From contig VMTK01000005.1 of the NCBI GenBank assembly GCA_013791585.1, forward strand, positions 18,484 to 82,483: 64,000 nucleotides of DNA, in the 5' to 3' direction. Below are positions 1 through 9,608 of the stretch, piece by piece; position 1 is the first letter of the stretch; the number at the start of each line of letters is the position of its first letter. Under the pieces are notes generated by a model. The model ran no database searches, was not told the origin of the DNA, and worked only from the letters and a program-made list of their open reading frames with translations. This DNA comes from Candidatus Falkowbacteria bacterium. GTDB taxonomy: Bacteria > Patescibacteriota > Patescibacteriia > Patescibacteriales > VMTK01. The translations under genes were made by a program, and so were the position numbers.

Positions 1-1603
1 GTTTCGGCAAATTTTCTTTCAGAGTATGGACAATCTCTTTCCCCTGCTTAAAGGCGTCGTCTTCGTAAACTATCATCGCCAAGGACTCAATCGGCTCTTC
101 GGCAACCAGAATATCCATTTTCACGACTTTTACTTCGCGATATCCCAAAAATTCATAATTGATTGAAGCGTAGCCGGAACTGACGCTTTTTATTTTGTCG
201 TAAAAATCAGTTAAAATAGAACTCATGGGAATTTCATAATGCAAAATAACTCTGCTTTCATTGATATATTCAGTATTTTTATACGCGCCTCTTTTGTCCT
301 GCGCCAAAGCCATAACAGCTCCCACATAATCCTTGGGCGTAATAACATCAAGAGAAACCCATGGCTCTTCGGTTTTTTCAATCAATTCCCTGTCCGGAAA
401 TTGCTGGGGCGTTCTGACAACAACTTGCTCGCCGTTATTTTTATACACTTTGTAGGCAACACTGGGCACGGTTACTATTAAATCCAAATTATACTCGCGC
501 CTCAAACGCTCTTGGAATATTTCCAAATGCAGTATGCCTAAAAATCCGCATCTGAAGCCGAAACCCAAAGCATGGGAATGTTCATTTTCATAAATCAAAG
601 CGGAATCGTTAAGCTTTAACTTTTTCATGGCATCGCGCAATTCCTGAAATTCATTGCCCTCCCGCGGAAAAATTCCGGCAAAGACCATCGGCTTAACTTC
701 TTTATATCCTTGTAATGGTTTAATTTCTATTCGCGATTGATTCGTTTTAAATTCGCGATTATTCGCGATTGTTACAGTATCGCCTACGCGGCACTCGCCC
801 ACTTCCTTGAAGCCGGTTATAATATAGCCGATTTCTCCTGTTTTTAATTCTCCCGTAGCCTGATAATCCGGCTTGAAAATGCCGACATCCAAGGCCTCGC
901 TGACTGCTTTCGCGGCCAATAATTTAATTTTATCGCCTTTTTTAATTCCTCCGTCAAATACGCGGACGTATGCCACGACCCCCTTGTATTCATCGTAATT
1001 TGAATCAAAAATCAGCGCCCGCAATATTCCTCCCTCTCCTTGCGAAGGAGAGGGCTGGAGCGAGGTCTTTGGCGCGGGCACGCGTTCAATAACCGCCTGC
1101 AATATCTCCGCCACGCCCTTGCCTGTTTTTCCTGAAGCGTAAATTATTTCATTTTCAGAGCATCCTAATAATTTAATTATTTCATTTTTTACTTTTTCCG
1201 GCTCAGCCGCGGCTAAATCTATTTTATTAACCACCGGAATAATCGTTAAATCCTGCTCAATGGCCAAATACAAATTGGCCAGTGTTTGCGCCTGGATTCC
1301 TTGCGCCGCGTCCACTAATAAAACAGCGCCTTCAACAGCCGCCAATGACCGTGAAACTTCATAGCTAAAATCAACATGGCCGGGAGTATCAATCAAATTC
1401 AAAATATAATTTTCATAATTCATTGTTACAGGCTGCAGTTTTATTGTAATCCCGCGTTCACGCTCAATATCCATCCTATCCAATATTTGCTCTTTCATTT
1501 TTCTTTTTTCAATCGTCCCTGTAATTTCCAGCATCCGATCAGCCAAAGTTGACTTGCCATGGTCTATGTGCGCGATAATGCAAAAATTTCTGATGTTTTT
1601 CAT
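1..1603 (-). CDS. lepA: Elongation factor 4 (LepA), partial; C-terminus lies beyond the window start
   Basis: Reverse translation from the ATG at 1601-1603 gives MKNIRNFCIIAHIDHGKSTLADRML...DTPGHVDFSYEVSRSL...RVPAPK, the LepA GTPase signature. The gene runs off the window edge. It carries an in-frame GC-rich palindromic insertion at about 1029-1085. Confidence 0.9.
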   Translation of the reverse strand, partial: MKNIRNFCIIAHIDHGKSTLADRMLEITGTIEKRKMKEQILDRMDIERERGITIKLQPVTMNYENYILNLIDTPGHVDFSYEVSRSLAAVEGAVLLVDAAQGIQAQTLANLYLAIEQDLTIIPVVNKIDLAAAEPEKVKNEIIKLLGCSENEIIYASGKTGKGVAEILQAVIERVPAPKTSLQPSPSQGEGGILRALIFDSNYDEYKGVVAYVRVFDGGIKKGDKIKLLAAKAVSEALDVGIFKPDYQATGELKTGEIGYIITGFKEVGECRVGDTVTIANNREFKTNQSRIEIKPLQGYKEVKPMVFAGIFPREGNEFQELRDAMKKLKLNDSALIYENEHSHALGFGFRCGFLGILHLEIFQERLRREYNLDLIVTVPSVAYKVYKNNGEQVVVRTPQQFPDRELIEKTEEPWVSLDVITPKDYVGAVMALAQDKRGAYKNTEYINESRVILHYEIPMSSILTDFYDKIKSVSSGYASINYEFLGYREVKVVKMDILVAEEPIESLAMIVYEDDAFKQGKEIVHTLKENLPK

Positions 1604-1655
1604 AAAATATAAAAAATAAGAACAAGATGATAAATAAGAAAAATAAGTTTGCTAA

Positions 1656-1690
1656 TATTAGGATGGGTTTAAAAACCCATCCTAATTTTA
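1656..1690. terminator. Candidate bidirectional hairpin terminator between murJ stop and lepA start
   Basis: Inverted repeat attaggatgggttt-aaaa-aaacccatcctaat in an AT-rich intergenic region. The flanking T tract is weak. Confidence 0.3.
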
Positions 1691-1816
1691 ATCTTATTTT
1701 TCTTCTTGTTCTTATTTATCTTATTTCTTTTTTTATCTTACTATCTTTTTTATCTTTGGTCAAACTTAAAATTAATAAACAAAAATCGAAAATCCTAAAT
1801 CTTAAATCGAAAATTA

Positions 1817-3430
1817 TTAGATTCCTCTCGCTTCCCCTTGGTCCCCTGCTTCAACTTTGGCCCAAGGCAAGCGGCGCTTGATTGAATTCCAAAAATTAAA
1901 CAGCTCCTCGCTGCGCAATAAAGAGCAGATTATAACATAAATAATAATGCCGGACAAGCCGGCAACCAGCCCCTGCGTTAGCACGCCCCAAAATTTAGCC
2001 ATATCAACAAAAGGCCAAATTACCAATTTCATGCCCTGCGCGGCAACGCCGCAAGCAACGGCCGCGGCGGAAAATTTTATGGTGGAAGTTAAAATGCGCA
2101 GCTCGTCCATATTGCCTATTTTTACGCGCAAAACAATCCATAGGGCTATAAAATTTATTATGCTTGCTATTGAAAACGCCAATGCCAATCCGGCAACGCC
2201 TAATTTTTCCGCCAGCCATAATGATAAAAATACATTAATTGCCGCTGAAAATAATCCAATATAAAATGGCGTTTTGGAATTATGGCGCGCGTAAAACATG
2301 CGGACAAGCAAAGGTATCGTGGCTTGCGCGAAAAGGGAAAGAGCAAAAAATCCAAGGGTATCTATCGTAAGCATTGTATCGTTCCAGCTGAAATTCCCTG
2401 TTCCGAAAATAACGCGGATAATCTGCGCCCGCAAAGTCAGCAGAAGCACGGTAGATGGAATTATAAAAAATAAAATTTGCCGGAAAGTATTGGAAAAATT
2501 TTTTATCAATTTTTTCTTATCAAAAGACAGGGCTGACAAAGTCGGGAACGCGGCAATGGCAAAAGATATTCCGAAAATTCCAACAGGAAAAGATTGCAGA
2601 TTATTGGCAAAATTAAAAACAGCCAAAGAGCCGGCCGACAATGTAGACGCGACTGCCGTTATTACCAATAAATTAATCTGTGAAATAGCCAAGCTCATTG
2701 TCCGCGGAATCATCATTATTCCGATTTTTTTGGTTTCTTTATTTTTAAAATCAACGCGCAAAATATATTTAAAGCCCAGAGACACTGCGGCAGGAACCTG
2801 AACCATCATATGCATTAAAGCGCCAAGCGCGACGCCCCATGCCAAGCCGTAAACTCCCCACAAAGGAGCAAAATACAAAGCCCCGATAATAATTCCTATG
2901 TTATACATTATCGGCGCCAATGAATAAATAAAAAATCTTTTAAAAGACTGCAAAATTCCGCCCAACACGCTGGAAATCCCCAAAAAAATAGGCGACAAAA
3001 ACATAATTCTGGTTAAGCCGGCGGTCAACGCCTGTTTCTCGGGAGAAAAGCCGGGCGCCACTAATTTCATTAAATAAGGAGCAAACACAGCGCCTATGGC
3101 GGACAAAATAATCAAGCCGATTCCCAGAACATTTAAAATATTGCTTGCCAATTTCCACGCTTCTTTGTTCTGGCCGCGCTCTTTAATGAGTGAAGTGAAA
3201 ATAGGTATAAATCCGGCTGATAAAGCGCCTAAAACCAATAAATTAAAAATTAAATCAGGTATGCGAAAGGCGGCGTAATAAATATCCAGTGTATCCCCAA
3301 GCCCAAACTCTCCGCCAAGAATACGATCGCGAAAAATTCCTAAAAGCCGGCTGATTAAAGAAGAAAGCGCTATTAAGAGCGCCGCAACATTAATGCTGTT
3401 AATTTGTCCGTTTAGCAATTTTTTAATCAT
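1817..3430 (-). CDS. murJ: Lipid II flippase MurJ (MviN family)
   Basis: 537-aa polytopic membrane protein. The N-terminal ...ISRLLGIFRDRILGGEFGLGDTLDIYYAAFRIPDLIFNLL... matches the MurJ/MviN family. Confidence 0.9.
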   Translation of the reverse strand: MIKKLLNGQINSINVAALLIALSSLISRLLGIFRDRILGGEFGLGDTLDIYYAAFRIPDLIFNLLVLGALSAGFIPIFTSLIKERGQNKEAWKLASNILNVLGIGLIILSAIGAVFAPYLMKLVAPGFSPEKQALTAGLTRIMFLSPIFLGISSVLGGILQSFKRFFIYSLAPIMYNIGIIIGALYFAPLWGVYGLAWGVALGALMHMMVQVPAAVSLGFKYILRVDFKNKETKKIGIMMIPRTMSLAISQINLLVITAVASTLSAGSLAVFNFANNLQSFPVGIFGISFAIAAFPTLSALSFDKKKLIKNFSNTFRQILFFIIPSTVLLLTLRAQIIRVIFGTGNFSWNDTMLTIDTLGFFALSLFAQATIPLLVRMFYARHNSKTPFYIGLFSAAINVFLSLWLAEKLGVAGLALAFSIASIINFIALWIVLRVKIGNMDELRILTSTIKFSAAAVACGVAAQGMKLVIWPFVDMAKFWGVLTQGLVAGLSGIIIYVIICSLLRSEELFNFWNSIKRRLPWAKVEAGDQGEARGI

Positions 3431-3548
3431 TATTTTTGAAACTTGAAATTAAAAATTTGAAATTAGGAATATTGCCAAATTTCAAATTTCAAGTTTCAAA
3501 TTTCTTATAGCTGTCGCGCCCGCCTTATTGCTAAAGCAGTTGTAATGG

Positions 3549-4598
3549 TCAGCCTGCAAGCTGTCTAGTTTCTCTTGCTATCATCAGCTCTTCATTTGTT
3601 TTAATCGCCAAAACAGGAACATTGCCTAAAAATTTTAATTTGCTCATAACATTGTTGCGCGTTATCGGATCGCCTGATCCGATAGATCCCGTAAAAACAA
3701 CAGCGTCAATATTTCCTTCCAATACCGCCCAGTAAGCGCCGATATATTTTCGCAATCTATAAACAGCCAGGTCAAAAGCCAGCTTGGCCTTCTCGTCGCC
3801 AAAGTTAATCTCTTTAAGTAAATCCTTAAAATTATCCACGCCGCCGGAAACTCCCTTGATGCCTGATTCATAATTTAACAGTTTATAAACATTTTCCAGC
3901 GCGTTTTCGCCATAATTTTCTGCTTGATCTTTTATCAGTTTAATAATAACCCCCGGGTCCAAATCTCCTGCTCTGGTCATCATTACCAGCCCCTCTAACG
4001 GAGTCCAGCCCATTGAAATGTCAATCGGTTTCCCGTTTTTTACGGCCGCTATTGACCAGCCGCCGCCCAAATGGCACGATATTAAATTAATTTTATTTAT
4101 ATCTTTATTAAATTTATGAGCGGCCTCTTGCGCTACAAATTCATGGGAAATTCCATGAAAGCCGTAGCGCTTGATATTTAATCTTTCTGCCAAATCAGTG
4201 GGTAAAGCATAAGTTCTGGCAACATCCGGCAAAGCGGCAAAAAAAGCCGTATCAAAGACAGCAACCTGCGGAACATCGGGAAAATAATCCATCATTTCTT
4301 TAATGCCTGCTGAATTATACGGATTATGCAAAGGCGCCAGCTCATTGTATTTTTCCAGTTTAGCTAATTTTTCATCATCAATTATTTCCGGCTTAATAAA
4401 TTCATCGCCTCCATGCACTACGCGATGGCCGATCGCGCTTATATCGCGCAAATCATTTATTTCTTTTAAAGCGCTTTTTACGGCTTGGCTTAAATCCGTG
4501 AACTCTGAAAATGTATTGCCCTTAATTTCTTTATCGCCATCATCAAACAGCTTATATTTAAAAGAAGTTGAGCCGGAATTTATTACCAAGATAGACAT
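3549..4598 (-). CDS. ackA: Acetate/propionate kinase family protein
   Basis: MSILVINSGSTSFKYKLF, AIGHRVVHGG, ISCHLGGGWSIAAV and MGWTPLEGLVMMTRAGDLDPG match the conserved AckA motifs. Confidence 0.8.
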   Translation of the reverse strand: MSILVINSGSTSFKYKLFDDGDKEIKGNTFSEFTDLSQAVKSALKEINDLRDISAIGHRVVHGGDEFIKPEIIDDEKLAKLEKYNELAPLHNPYNSAGIKEMMDYFPDVPQVAVFDTAFFAALPDVARTYALPTDLAERLNIKRYGFHGISHEFVAQEAAHKFNKDINKINLISCHLGGGWSIAAVKNGKPIDISMGWTPLEGLVMMTRAGDLDPGVIIKLIKDQAENYGENALENVYKLLNYESGIKGVSGGVDNFKDLLKEINFGDEKAKLAFDLAVYRLRKYIGAYWAVLEGNIDAVVFTGSIGSGDPITRNNVMSKLKFLGNVPVLAIKTNEELMIARETRQLAG

Positions 4599-4842
4599 AA
4601 AAAAAAATTAAGATTGTAGATTTATAATTTTAGAGTGTAGAACAATGTTTTTAGATGCAATATTTTCTAAAAATGAAGCTATAGAATGCTTTATTTAAGG
4701 CTTAAAATTTCTGAAAGTCATAAAATACCGAGTTAATTTTTATTCTTCTACAGTCTAAATTTAAGATTTAGATATAACAAGAACAACCCATAAATAGCGC
4801 GCCAAAGACAGCAATCTTAAATCTGCAATCTTAAATCTTAAA

Positions 4843-6441
4843 TTAAATAAGGCTTCTTCCCGTCATTTCTTTCGGCTTCGGCAATCCCATGATTTTTAAT
4901 ATGGTCGGCGCTATGTCAGACAATATGCCTTGCGGCTGTATCAAGCTTAAATCCCCTCCCGGAACATCTTGGCTGCCCAATCTGCGGCCTTCAAATTGCT
5001 TGCCCGCCACAATAAACGGCACCGGACTGGCTGTGTGCTCCTTGTCAATCATGCCTGTCTGCATATTAAACATTACTTCAGCATTTCCGTGATCGGCAGT
5101 GACGATAATTACTCCGTCTTTTGCCAAAACGCTCTTTACTGTCTTGCCAAGGCATTTATCCACTGTTTCAATTGCCTTAACCGCTGCCGGAATATTGCCT
5201 GTATGCCCTACCATGTCCGCATTGGCGAAATTAATAAGAATAAAATCGTATAATTCTTCTTCTATCGCTTTAACAACTTTATCCGTAACTTCTATGGCGG
5301 ACATCTCCGGCTTTAAATCATATCTGTCAACATGCGGAGAAGGAACCAGCGCGTGATCCTCGCCCTTGCTTTTTTCCTCGCGGCCCCCGTTAAAAAAATA
5401 AGTTACATGGGCGTATTTTTCAGTTTCCGCTATGCGCATCTGCTTTAAATTTTTGGAAGCCAATATTTCTCCCAAAGTATTGTTTAAAATTTCAGGCGGG
5501 AAAGCTATTGCCGCGGGCAAATTTTTTTCATATTCAGTAAAACAAACAAAACGCAGATCTTTCAAATACTTTTTTCTGCTGAATTTGTCAAAACCGGGCA
5601 AAATAAAAGATTTTGTAATCTCCCTGGCCCTATCCGCCCGGTAATTAAAAAATATCACGCTGTCCGTTGATTCTATCAAAGAAACCGGCTGGCCGTTTTC
5701 CGTAATTACGGTTGGCGCGAATTCTTCGTCGTAAATTTTGTTTTGATAGCTTTTTGTAATTGCGCTTGCAACGTCATCGCTTTTATTTCCAATGCCCTCT
5801 GTCATTGCCAAGTATGCTTTTTCCACCCTATCCCAGCGATTATCTCTGTCCATCGCGTAAAACCTGCCGCAGACAGTGGCTATCCTGCCAGTACCATATT
5901 CCGCCATGCTTCGCTCAAGATCCTTGACAAAATTAATCCCGCTATTATAAGGAGTATCTCTGCCGTCTAAAATAACATGGACAAAAACTTTGCTTACTTT
6001 CTGCTCCTTGGCTAAAACCATCAGCGCCTGAAGATGCTCAAAAGACGCATGCACGCATCCGTTTGATGTTAATCCTATCAAATGCAGCTTGGATTTATTA
6101 TTCTTGGCATGTTCGCAGGCATCTACCAGCGCTTTATTTTTATAAAAACCGCTATCGCTGATAGCTTTGTTGATGCGGGGCAATTCTTGGTAGAGTATTC
6201 TGCCCAAACCCATATTTAAATGGCCTACTTCGCTATTGCCGGCTTCGCCCCATGGCAGCCCGACTGCTTCGCCTGAAGCGCGCAATGTCATGGATGGGTA
6301 TCTGGAAACCAATTCATTAAAAATCGGCGTCTTCGCCAATGTCACGGCATTGCCGCTGTAAGGCGGGGTAATCCCCCATCCGTCCAAAACAACCATAACT
6401 ACCGGTTTAGGACGATTAGATTGTAATTGGCTGTCTATCAT
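4843..6441 (-). CDS. gpmI: 2,3-bisphosphoglycerate-independent phosphoglycerate mutase (paralog 1)
   Basis: VVMVVLDGWGI...NSEVGHLNMGLGRILYQ and the metal-binding C-terminal half ...VTADHGNAEVM... identify iPGM. Confidence 0.9.
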   Translation of the reverse strand: MIDSQLQSNRPKPVVMVVLDGWGITPPYSGNAVTLAKTPIFNELVSRYPSMTLRASGEAVGLPWGEAGNSEVGHLNMGLGRILYQELPRINKAISDSGFYKNKALVDACEHAKNNKSKLHLIGLTSNGCVHASFEHLQALMVLAKEQKVSKVFVHVILDGRDTPYNSGINFVKDLERSMAEYGTGRIATVCGRFYAMDRDNRWDRVEKAYLAMTEGIGNKSDDVASAITKSYQNKIYDEEFAPTVITENGQPVSLIESTDSVIFFNYRADRAREITKSFILPGFDKFSRKKYLKDLRFVCFTEYEKNLPAAIAFPPEILNNTLGEILASKNLKQMRIAETEKYAHVTYFFNGGREEKSKGEDHALVPSPHVDRYDLKPEMSAIEVTDKVVKAIEEELYDFILINFANADMVGHTGNIPAAVKAIETVDKCLGKTVKSVLAKDGVIIVTADHGNAEVMFNMQTGMIDKEHTASPVPFIVAGKQFEGRRLGSQDVPGGDLSLIQPQGILSDIAPTILKIMGLPKPKEMTGRSLI

Positions 6442-6456
6442 ATCAATTTTTATATT

Positions 6457-8085
6457 TTATTTTATAAGACTTTTCCCCGTCATCTCCCGCGGCTTTTCCC
6501 GGCCTATTAATGCTAATATAGTCGGCGCTATATCGGCTAAAACGCCGCTTTTTTTTAATTTAATTTTATTTTTTAATTTTTTATTAACTATAATAAACGG
6601 CACCGGGCTGGATGAATGCTCCGTGTCTATCTCGCCTGTTTCCAAATTTATCATCTCCTCAATATTGCCATGATCGGCGGTGATCAGAACTGTGCCTTCA
6701 AGCTCTAAATAAGCATTGACAATTCTGCTTAAATGCTTGTCAATATGCCGGCAGCACTCTATCCCCGCCTCAAGATTCCCGGTATGCGCGACCATGTCGG
6801 GAGCGGCAAAATTTAAAACAGTAAAATCATATTTCCAACCTCTCCCCTGTCGCTTCGCTCCCCCCCCTCTCCTGATTAGGATAGGGGGCTGAGGGGTGAA
6901 GTTTTTAATTACCGCGCCAGTCAAGCCGGCTGAATTCATTGCCGGAGTTTCATCGTACGATCTTACATTAGGCGACTCAAGTATTATTCTGGACTCTCCG
7001 GCCACGGGACGCGCGTATCCGCCATTAAAAAAATAAGTGACATGAGAATGCTTTTCCTTTTCCGCTATATACAGCTGCTTTAAATCGCGCAATGCCATGG
7101 GCAAAGTTGCTTTTAGGTCAGCGCTGGGATACGCGGATAAAATACTGTCTAAATCCGGCCCAAAATCAGTCATAGCAGCGAATTTTAAATCCTTTAGGAC
7201 TTTCTGGCGCTTAAAAGCTCCCGGATTAATTTTATTAAAGTCATGCTGGACAAAAGCTTTGGCAAGCTGCCTGGCTCTGTCCGACCTTAGGTTGAAAAAA
7301 ATCACGCTGTCGCCGTCATTTATTCTGGGCAATTGCCTGCCATTGCTTTCTATCACATATGGCTGGATAAACTCATCGTTTTCGCCGCTGTTATAAGCTT
7401 TGGTTATCGCGTCCTGCGGGCTTTTGGCTTTTTTCCCCTTACCCAGTACCAAAGCATTATAAGCCTTTTCCGTGCGCCCCCATTTTTTCTTCCTGTCCAT
7501 GGCGTAAAATCTTCCCATAATCGTCGCTACGCGCTCATTTATTAAATAATCTCTTTGAACCGACTCTATTAATTTAAGAGCGGCGTATTGCGGGGAATCG
7601 CGTCCGTCGGTAAATAAATGCAGATAAACCTTTTTTACGTTATATCCTCTGGCTAATGTTACAAGCGCCAGCAGATGATCAGGATCGCTATGCGCGCTCA
7701 TGCCGTTGGAAAGCATGCCCATTAAATGCAGGGCTGATTTATTTTTCTCCACATGCTTGATGGCTTCAAGAAAAGCCGAGTTTTTAAAAAATGTTCCGTC
7801 ATTTATTGTTTTGCAAATTTTAACCGCGTCTTGCTCAACCACCCGCCCCGCCCCTATGTTAATATGCCCCGCCTCGCTATTCCCATCCTGCGCCGGAGGC
7901 AAGCCAACGCATTTCCCGTAAGCGCAAAGTTTTGCGCTTGGGTAATCCTTTATTATCTTATCTAAATAAGGAGTTTTTGACAATGCAATGGCATTGCCAC
8001 TGCTCGGCTTGGCGATCCCCCAGCCGTCCAAGATGATTAGTATCATTGGGAGATTATTGTTTTGATTTTTTTGTTTTATTGACAT
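6457..8085 (-). CDS. gpmI: 2,3-bisphosphoglycerate-independent phosphoglycerate mutase (paralog 2)
   Basis: LPMILIILDGWGI...NSEAGHINIGAGRVVEQ...ITADHGNIEEM is iPGM. The longest ORF starts at 8181, but its first 32 codons are built from the 8-nt repeat and overlap the eno C-terminus, so I place the start at the internal Met (MSIKQKNQ) at 8085. It contains an in-frame GC-rich palindromic insertion at 6841-6900. Confidence 0.8.
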   Translation of the reverse strand: MSIKQKNQNNNLPMILIILDGWGIAKPSSGNAIALSKTPYLDKIIKDYPSAKLCAYGKCVGLPPAQDGNSEAGHINIGAGRVVEQDAVKICKTINDGTFFKNSAFLEAIKHVEKNKSALHLMGMLSNGMSAHSDPDHLLALVTLARGYNVKKVYLHLFTDGRDSPQYAALKLIESVQRDYLINERVATIMGRFYAMDRKKKWGRTEKAYNALVLGKGKKAKSPQDAITKAYNSGENDEFIQPYVIESNGRQLPRINDGDSVIFFNLRSDRARQLAKAFVQHDFNKINPGAFKRQKVLKDLKFAAMTDFGPDLDSILSAYPSADLKATLPMALRDLKQLYIAEKEKHSHVTYFFNGGYARPVAGESRIILESPNVRSYDETPAMNSAGLTGAVIKNFTPQPPILIRRGGGAKRQGRGWKYDFTVLNFAAPDMVAHTGNLEAGIECCRHIDKHLSRIVNAYLELEGTVLITADHGNIEEMINLETGEIDTEHSSSPVPFIIVNKKLKNKIKLKKSGVLADIAPTILALIGREKPREMTGKSLIK

Positions 8086-8125
8086 AATAAAATCATAAAC
8101 AGAAACACTAAAACACTTTTGAATT

Positions 8126-9460
8126 TTAATTTGTTTTTGTGTTTTCCGTGTTTTTGTGTTTTTGTGTTTCAACATCTTCAATCTCCATCAACCGATTATA
8201 CTTAGCCAATCTCTCACCGCGCGACAATGATCCCGCCTTGATATAATCAGCGCCGATCGCTACCGCCAAATCAGCTATGAAATCATCGCAAGTCTCGCCG
8301 CTCCTGTGAGACGCCATTACTTTATAATTATGCTTTTGGGCCAATTTAACGCATTCAATTGTTTCAGTCAATGTGCCTATTTGGTTCGGCTTTATTAAAA
8401 TAGCGTTAGCCGCCCTGTCTTTCAGCCCGGCGCGCAAACGGGCAGTATTTGTCGTGAATAAATCATCTCCTATAATCATCATTTCATCCCCCAGCTCCCG
8501 CGTCAGCTCGCTCCATCCCTCCCAATCATCTTCCGCCAATCCGTCTTCAATGGAAATTATGGGATATTTCCTAAACCATTCATAATATAAATTTATTAAA
8601 GTAGCGGAAGTAAAATTCGCGCGGTCTAATTTAAAAATATATTTCTTGGTTTCTTTATTGTAAAGCCCTGAAGAGCCGACATCAATTCCAATGCCGAAAT
8701 CTTTTCCCGGACTATAGCCGGCGTTAACTCCCGCCGCCATAATAAGCTCAATCGCCTGAATGCTGGAAACAATATCCGGCGCGTAGCCGCCTTCGCTGCC
8801 AACATCAGTATCAAAGCCGGCTTTCCTTAAAACCCGCCCCAATTCATGAAATATTTCCGCGCCCATCCTAACCATTTCCGCAAAACTTTTAATTTGAGCT
8901 CCCCTCTCCCGTGAGGCGCGAGCGGGAGAGGGGTTGGGGGTGAGGGGAATTATCATGAATTCTTGAAAATCCAAATTAGTATCCGCATGTTTGCCGCCGT
9001 TAAAAATATTAAAAGATGGAGTTGGCATCGCATAACGCGTAACGCGTAACGCATAACACTTATTTATATATTCATATAATTCTTGGTTTTTAGACATGGC
9101 CGCGGCGCGGGCGCAGGCAAAGGATACGCTTAAAATAGCGTTGGCGCCTAATCTTTTTTTGTTTTTCGTCCCGTCCAGTTTTATCATTGTTTCATCTATC
9201 TTTTCTTGTTCGCTTGCATCAACTCCTTTTAATTCAGGCCCTATTTTTTCTTGAACATTTTTTACCGCTTTCAGCGCTCCCAAGCCGCCGTAGCGCTTAT
9301 TGCCATCGCGCAATTCCAACGCTTCATGAATTCCCGTGGAAGCGCCGGAAGGCGCGCTGGCTTTGGCGATTATGCCATTATCCAGAATAACTTTTGTTTC
9401 AATTGTCGGATTGCCGCGCGAATCCAAAATTTCGCGGGCGGTTATTTGTTTGATTTTCAT
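8126..9460 (-). CDS. eno: Enolase
   Basis: MKIKQITAREILDSRGNPTIETKVILDNGIIAKASAPSGASTGIHEALELRDG is canonical enolase. It carries two in-frame repeat insertions (palindromic element 8898-8952; TTATGCG heptamers 9020-9055) and a C-terminal tail encoded by the 8-nt repeat. Confidence 0.95.
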   Translation of the reverse strand: MKIKQITAREILDSRGNPTIETKVILDNGIIAKASAPSGASTGIHEALELRDGNKRYGGLGALKAVKNVQEKIGPELKGVDASEQEKIDETMIKLDGTKNKKRLGANAILSVSFACARAAAMSKNQELYEYINKCYALRVTRYAMPTPSFNIFNGGKHADTNLDFQEFMIIPLTPNPSPARASRERGAQIKSFAEMVRMGAEIFHELGRVLRKAGFDTDVGSEGGYAPDIVSSIQAIELIMAAGVNAGYSPGKDFGIGIDVGSSGLYNKETKKYIFKLDRANFTSATLINLYYEWFRKYPIISIEDGLAEDDWEGWSELTRELGDEMMIIGDDLFTTNTARLRAGLKDRAANAILIKPNQIGTLTETIECVKLAQKHNYKVMASHRSGETCDDFIADLAVAIGADYIKAGSLSRGERLAKYNRLMEIEDVETQKHKNTENTKTN

Positions 9461-9608
9461 ATAAAATAAATAAGAACGAGAAGAAAAATAAGGTAAATAA
9501 GAAGCAAGCTGCGTCTTATTTTTATTTTTCTCATTTATCTTTTTATTTCCCGATGTGCGAATCAGGATCCCGAATTCTGCGTTAGCAGAACATCGGGGCT
9601 TATTTTTC

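Noticed and set aside
1627-1881. 84-aa ORF in the lepA-murJ spacer
   Set aside because: AT-rich low-complexity sequence spanning a hairpin terminator. It overlaps the murJ 3' end and has no RBS.
1947-2801. Plus-strand ORFs antisense to murJ (1947..2264, 2282..2473, 2298..2801, 3096..3278)
   Set aside because: They lie entirely within a well-supported minus-strand gene, which is typical of antisense-frame openness.
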